DNA of 32,000 nucleotides from Parashewanella curva (GTDB lineage Bacteria; Pseudomonadota; Gammaproteobacteria; Enterobacterales; Shewanellaceae): NCBI RefSeq assembly GCF_003675895.1, contig NZ_ML014753.1, positions 78,463 to 110,462 of the forward strand, read 5' to 3'. Shown piece by piece: positions 26,431 to 32,000 of this stretch (position 1 is its first letter; each line of letters starts with the position of its first letter). The notes under the pieces were generated by a model. It saw only the letters and a program-made list of their open reading frames with translations, ran no database searches and was not told where the DNA came from. The position numbers and the translations under genes were made by a program.

Positions 26431-26445
26431 TGTTACAACATAACA
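26431..26445. promoter_or_regulatory. Zur-box-like operator
   Basis: TGTTACAACATAACA matches the enterobacterial Zur-box core TGTTATAATATAACA at 13 of 15 positions. The outer TGTTA/TAACA arms are perfectly inverted. It lies 86-100 nt upstream of the receptor ATG. Confidence 0.55.
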
Positions 26446-26880
26446 AACAGGAAGATCATCTCTTTTTTATATGAATATATGGTTACTCTGTTTGTAATTT
26501 CTTTATGAATTACATCTCCAACACATCTAAATTTTAATGTTGTGTTGAAGTAATTTTGGGCGCCACATTAAGTGAACAAATAGGATATTTATCAGTATCA
26601 AATCTCGATTTAGATTTTTTTTGCTGAACCTTGACGAGCTTTTAAACGAGGGTTGCTTTTACATATTACGTAAAGCTTGCCTCGGCGTCTGACAACTTGA
26701 CAATCTTTACTACAATTTTTAGAGATTTGATAATTCCATAAAAGATTACAGCGATATGATAGGCTGGCAAGCTTTGGGGCAAATAAGTTTTCCTGAATGA
26801 AAAAGTCAATTAAGTATGACTTTTATTGCCTTATATAGATATAAGGCATCTCCATAAAGCTTCTATTTTAAAGGTTATAA

Positions 26881-27546
26881 TTAACTATTTCCTTTTTTAT
26901 CAAAAACCAAAGTCCTCAGTAGCCAATCGAACAAAGGGTATGTGATATTAAAATTCTTTTTTACCATAAGTTTTTGATCATGATGCAATACATGAAGTCG
27001 CTTTAATCGCCACCAGAAAGGGATTTTTTTTAAGTAAGAGTCATCAGGGACATGAAAACTGAGATGTAAAGCTTCATACAGCAAATACCCAAATATTGCA
27101 CTGCATACCATCAAATAAGCTGAATTGGGTGAAACGTAATAATATAAAGCACTGCCGACAGGTAAAGCGATACCAAGGATAAAAGCTAAAATTAGGTATA
27201 AAGGAAATAACACCACTCTCCAATCCTTCAATGTTTCCCAACTCATGTGATTTTCATCAAAAAAATGGTGATGGTCACCAGTATGTCTTTGGTAGAAAAA
27301 ACGACCTATTGTAGTTCGTCGATGCCCTAGCCATCGGTGAGCAGCATACTCAGCAAAATTTACGCAAATTAACGTAATAGGTATTGTTAGCCACTCAAGC
27401 ACTTCTACCTTTTTTATTTCCAAAACAGAAAATAGAATAACGACTAGACCTACAGAAAAAACAAAAAAGAAGTGAAAGTGAGGGTGATAATGAGCGCTCA
27501 TATTTGAGCGGTAACTCTCTCTAAAAGCAGAAATTTTTTCATCCAT
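26881..27546 (-). CDS. Fatty acid hydroxylase / sterol desaturase superfamily membrane protein (di-iron His-box enzyme)
   Basis: 221 aa with several TM segments. Three His boxes: HRWLGH, HTGDHHHFF and HVLHHD. Confidence 0.75.
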   Translation of the reverse strand: MDEKISAFRESYRSNMSAHYHPHFHFFFVFSVGLVVILFSVLEIKKVEVLEWLTIPITLICVNFAEYAAHRWLGHRRTTIGRFFYQRHTGDHHHFFDENHMSWETLKDWRVVLFPLYLILAFILGIALPVGSALYYYVSPNSAYLMVCSAIFGYLLYEALHLSFHVPDDSYLKKIPFWWRLKRLHVLHHDQKLMVKKNFNITYPLFDWLLRTLVFDKKGNS

Positions 27547-27662
27547 GATTTATTTATATGATTATTCGATGGTTATTAGCAATGTAACATAATCACCACA
27601 TGGTGCAAGTTTCACCAACACTCACTTCGAGTAAAAATGAATTGCTTAGCTTTCTAATCCAC

Positions 27663-28040
27663 TCAAGCACTTCTCGGGTAAAGAAAAAACCTTATAACAG
27701 GAAGCATTTTTGAAAATTTGGGGAGGTTATAAACAACGCTCATCATTGGTAAATCATTAAGTGACTCCATTTTCCTTTCTTTGTCTCGATCATTTTGAAA
27801 AGGTCGGCAATATAACTCGTATTTTTGACTATCTGTTTCAAACACCTTTAAAAATTCCGAAACCGCTTCAGCTACTGTAGCATCTACTTTGATTGAAACT
27901 TTATGTGTTGTCCCTCCCCAACTGATAAAAAGAATATCTGTAGTATTTGACATAGACGGAAGAGTTTCCATTGCAATCAATTCGCTCTGTTCTTTAACAA
28001 CTTGATCAGTTGCTCTGATATCTGTAGTACTAATACTCAT
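27663..28040 (-). CDS. Hypothetical protein
   Basis: 125-aa ORF in an AT-rich region between the hydroxylase gene and leuD. No recognised motif. Confidence 0.45.
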   Translation of the reverse strand: MSISTTDIRATDQVVKEQSELIAMETLPSMSNTTDILFISWGGTTHKVSIKVDATVAEAVSEFLKVFETDSQKYELYCRPFQNDRDKERKMESLNDLPMMSVVYNLPKFSKMLPVIRFFLYPRSA

Positions 28041-28301
28041 AATAAAACTCTAATAACAATTTAACGTCATTTAATTACAGCAACATTTTCAAAAATATAA
28101 AGTGTACTCATGCCGAAACTCACAGAGCAACTCAACACCATAAAATTAAAACATTACAAATCAAAAACTTAAAACAAGTTAAGCTTTAATTACTTTTAGT
28201 TAACCTTTGAACAAATTCAAGAGAATTATTAAAACTTGGATAAAATAAGGAGAGATTGAGAGCAATGCCCAATTGGGTTAATCAGGCACTTAAAATGAAA
28301 A

Positions 28302-28898
28302 TTACAACCAAGCTGGCATTGTTTGCTCAAAAGCTTGAATTTGATCTAATCTGTGTAGTGACTTACCAATACTATCAACACCTTTAAGTAACGATTTTTG
28401 ATGCACTTCTTTAATATCGAAACTGAATGCCTTGTCGTTTACCTGTATAATTTTATTCTCGAGGTTAACGTCTATCGTCAATACATTTTTTTCAGCGAAC
28501 AAAAAAAGTTCATTGACCTGAGCATCAGTCAAAATAATCGGGAGCACACCGATGTTGATACAATTACCGTAAAAGATATCGGCAAAACTTGGGGCTATGA
28601 TCACTTTAAAACCGTATTCTTGTAGTGCCCAAGGAGCGTGTTCTCGGCTAGAACCACAGCCGAAATTTTCTCTCGCCAATAGAACGCTTGCGCCTTTATA
28701 TTCTGGTTGATTGAGCACAAATTCTGGATTAGGAATATTGCCGTGATCATCTAAATAACGCCAATCATGAAATAAATGCTGTGCAAAGCCCACCCTTTCT
28801 GTTTTTTGCAGAAACTGCTTAGGGATGATTTGGTCTGTATCGATATTGGCTTGATCCAATGGTAATAACTTTCCAGTTTGAGTAATAAACTTTTTCAT
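28302..28898 (-). CDS. leuD: 3-isopropylmalate dehydratase small subunit
   Basis: 198 aa. Contains [13 protein letters not shown], typical of LeuD. AAGGAG RBS 5 nt upstream of the ATG. Confidence 0.96.
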   Translation of the reverse strand: MKKFITQTGKLLPLDQANIDTDQIIPKQFLQKTERVGFAQHLFHDWRYLDDHGNIPNPEFVLNQPEYKGASVLLARENFGCGSSREHAPWALQEYGFKVIIAPSFADIFYGNCINIGVLPIILTDAQVNELFLFAEKNVLTIDVNLENKIIQVNDKAFSFDIKEVHQKSLLKGVDSIGKSLHRLDQIQAFEQTMPAWL

Positions 28899-28914
28899 GT
28901 CAGCTCCTTCTAGT

Positions 28915-29112
28915 TAACCTGAGCTCTGTATAAAGAAATCAGTACTGTTTTGATTTTACAAATAAAATATAAATTCAATCTACAGTGCGGCTAATTTTGT
29001 GTAGTTCAAGGCAGAACAGTTCGTAATAGCCAGCCTATTTCAGGCTGTTCTAACGAAGAAATACGCATAAGTAGCTGTGCTGTAGAGGTTTGCTTATGCA
29101 GAGCTCAGGTTA
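28915..29112. mobile_element. MITE-like intergenic element (~198 bp) with 19-bp terminal inverted repeats between leuC and leuD
   Basis: Left end TAACCTGAGCTCTGTATAA (28915-28933). The reverse complement of the right end (29094-29112) is TAACCTGAGCTCTGCATAA, so 18 of 19 positions match. There is no ORF inside. Internal hairpin AGCCT-ATTTC-AGGCT (29032-29046) is flanked by AGAAC/GTTCT. The outermost TA dinucleotides are compatible with a TA target duplication. Confidence 0.6.
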
Positions 29113-30510
29113 GTTAAGCAATGCCGGTTCAATCAATCGTCCCGCAATTGCAGCCGCAGCTGCCAGTTCTGGGCTAACAATATGAGTACGGCTGCCCCTA
29201 CCTTGCCGACCTTCAAAGTTACGATTACTGGTTGAAGCGCAACGTTCTCCCTCTTTTAATACATCATCATTCATCGCTAAACACATGGAGCAACCGGGTA
29301 AACGCCACTCAAATCCAGCTTCAATGAAGATTTCGTCCAACCCTTCTTTTTCAGCTTGTTCTTTTACGCGGTAAGATCCGGGAACGACTATGGCTGTCAC
29401 ATCCTTTGAAACTTGCTGACCTTGTATGGTGTTAGCGGCAGCACGAAGATCTTCAATACGAGAATTAGTACATGAACCGATAAATACATGAGATATGTTT
29501 ATATCTGATATTTTGGTACCAGCAGTTAACCCCATGTATTGCAATGCCTTGGCACAGGAATCTTTTTCAACGGCATCATCATAAGAATCTGGGTGTGGTA
29601 CATTCCCATCAATCGCAACAACTTGATCAAGAGACGTTCCCCAAGTGACTTGAGGTTTGATCTCAGCAGCCTCCATAATGAGCACTCTATCAAACTCAGC
29701 ATCTGGGTCGGTTTTTAGCGTTTTCCAATCAGCTATGGCTTGATCCCACAACTTGCCTTTAGGGCTATAATCTCGTCCCTCAAGGTAAGTAAAGGTGATT
29801 TCATCTGGCGCAACTAACCCCGCTTTAGCTCCGAACTCAATACTCATATTGCAGATGGTCATGCGCTGCTCCATGCTCAACGCTTCTATTGCCTCACCGC
29901 AATATTCCACTATATGCCCAGCGGCACCCGCGGAGCCGGTTTTACCAATAATGGCTAGAATAATATCTTTGGCGCTGATCCCATCACCGACTTTGCCATT
30001 GATCTGAATTTTCATCGATTTAGCTTTGTTTTGCCTTAGTGTTTGAGTAGCAAATACGTGCTCAACTTCAGAAGTACCTATACCAAAGGCTAATGCACCA
30101 AATGCTCCATGAGTAGCGGTATGGGAGTCACCACAAACGATAACTGTTCCCGGTAAAGTTAACCCAAGTTCTGGCCCAATAACATGGACAATTCCTTGAT
30201 TCTTATGGCCCATACCAAATAAGGTCACACCAAATTCGGCGCAGTTTTTTTCTAGCGTGGCCAGCTGATTCGCAGCACTCTTACCTGCTGCATCAATGGC
30301 AATAGAGCGAGTAGAAATGTTGTGATCCATCGTGGCGAAAGTACGTTCCGGATGGCGTAGCTGCCGACCATGAAAACGAAGCCCTGCAAAAGCTTGCGGA
30401 GACGTCACCTCGTGGATCAAGTGTCGATTGACATAAATAAGTGGAGTTTCCCCATCTTGCTGTTCTACTAGATTTCGTTGCCATAACTTGTCATAAAGTG
30501 TCAATGCCAT
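29110..30510 (-). CDS. leuC: 3-isopropylmalate dehydratase large subunit
   Basis: Aconitase-family motifs are present ([25 protein letters not shown]). The ATG at 30508-30510 ([10 protein letters not shown]) is preceded by AAGGAGG. The track extension to 30570 would overlap leuB and is rejected. Confidence 0.96.
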   Translation of the reverse strand: MALTLYDKLWQRNLVEQQDGETPLIYVNRHLIHEVTSPQAFAGLRFHGRQLRHPERTFATMDHNISTRSIAIDAAGKSAANQLATLEKNCAEFGVTLFGMGHKNQGIVHVIGPELGLTLPGTVIVCGDSHTATHGAFGALAFGIGTSEVEHVFATQTLRQNKAKSMKIQINGKVGDGISAKDIILAIIGKTGSAGAAGHIVEYCGEAIEALSMEQRMTICNMSIEFGAKAGLVAPDEITFTYLEGRDYSPKGKLWDQAIADWKTLKTDPDAEFDRVLIMEAAEIKPQVTWGTSLDQVVAIDGNVPHPDSYDDAVEKDSCAKALQYMGLTAGTKISDINISHVFIGSCTNSRIEDLRAAANTIQGQQVSKDVTAIVVPGSYRVKEQAEKEGLDEIFIEAGFEWRLPGCSMCLAMNDDVLKEGERCASTSNRNFEGRQGRGSRTHIVSPELAAAAAIAGRLIEPALLN

Positions 30511-30511
30511 T

Positions 30512-32000
<1,489 letters not shown>

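Noticed and set aside
26600-26622. An AT-only hairpin (AAATCT...AGATTT) followed by a T8 run on the plus strand.
   Set aside because: It looks like a plus-strand terminator, but no plus-strand gene lies upstream. The 6-bp all-AT/TA stem is too weak.
26647-26684. A long imperfect hairpin (CGAGGGTTGCTTTTAC-ATATTAC-GTAAAGCTTGCCTCG) in the 535-bp intergenic region. A 7-bp inverted repeat, TGTAATT-N8-AATTACA, lies at 26493-26514.
   Set aside because: It might terminate the upstream hydroxylase gene on the minus strand. However, it lies about 195 nt past that stop, has an internal 3-nt mismatch and a bulge, and is followed by only TTT. The function cannot be assigned from sequence.
27663-28040. 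An impression that the 125-aa orphan protein has a ubiquitin-like/PB1-like beta-grasp pattern (ILFISW..THKVSIK..VAEAVSEFLKVF..YELYCR). That would be another eukaryote-like protein.
   Set aside because: This rests only on a by-eye secondary-structure pattern. There is no diagnostic motif. It needs structure prediction or HHpred before it can be claimed.
28268-28277. A perfect 10-bp palindrome, CCCAATTGGG, just downstream of leuD. A 40-codon plus-strand ORF starts at 28265, antisense to the leuD 3' end.
   Set aside because: The palindrome leaves no loop for a stable terminator hairpin and no U-tract follows on the leuD strand. The small ORF has poor RBS spacing (12 nt) and overlaps a conserved gene.
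1878-30484. About 30 short track ORFs (60-108 aa) nested in or antisense to larger genes. Examples: 1878-2075, 1969-2199, 2568-2759, 2715-2944, 6110-6436, 7589-7798, 8140-8328, 9080-9328, 9485-9825, 10565-10801, 13102-13284, 14108-14395, 15424-15609, 16272-16726, 17971-18195, 19292-19906, 20273-20844, 22581-22784, 24107-24880, 25118-26089, 28398-28625, 29795-30007 and 30293-30484.
   Set aside because: Each lies inside a longer ORF with clear family signatures (flagellar, TonB-dependent receptor, leu or ankyrin genes). They have odd low-complexity composition and no convincing RBS. They are shadow ORFs of the real genes.

Overview
AT-rich gammaproteobacterial chromosome segment with marine Alteromonadales/Vibrionales-like gene content; the genus cannot be assigned from sequence alone. 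There are four blocks. (1) 1-3568, minus strand: a ChrR anti-sigma/ECF sigma locus with its usual partners (SDR, SnoaL-like protein, DUF3833-type lipoprotein, chalcone-isomerase-like protein, DUF2878-type membrane protein). (2) 3753-5869, plus strand: a tandemly duplicated two-gene module of unknown function. Each copy pairs a small soluble protein with a protein ending in a cysteine-packed hydrophobic tail. (3) 5903-21069, minus strand: a flagellar basal-body/export cluster, fliEFGHIJ and fliKLMNOPQR-flhB. It is split exactly at the fliJ|fliK junction by a 797-aa all-ankyrin-repeat gene on the opposite strand. Sigma54-type promoters precede fliE and fliK. No flhA/flhF/flhG/fliA or flrABC genes flank the cluster. 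The fliE side carries a 376-aa orphan protein that shows weak collinear motif similarity to both halves of the duplicated module and has its own C-terminal hydrophobic helix. (4) 22419-32000: a small secreted protein whose frame stays open past a TGA, a GNAT acetyltransferase, a His/Cys-loop TonB-dependent receptor with a Zur-box-like operator, a fatty-acid-hydroxylase-family membrane protein, an orphan 125-aa ORF, and leuA(partial)-leuB-leuC-leuD. A roughly 200-bp MITE-like element with 19-bp terminal inverted repeats sits between leuC and leuD. The best candidate for something undescribed is the set of orphan, eukaryote-like or tail-anchored proteins (duplicated module, ankyrin protein, 376-aa protein) that bracket and interrupt the flagellar type III export genes. 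All functional ideas about them are inference. No tRNA, rRNA, CRISPR array, transposase or integrase was recognised.
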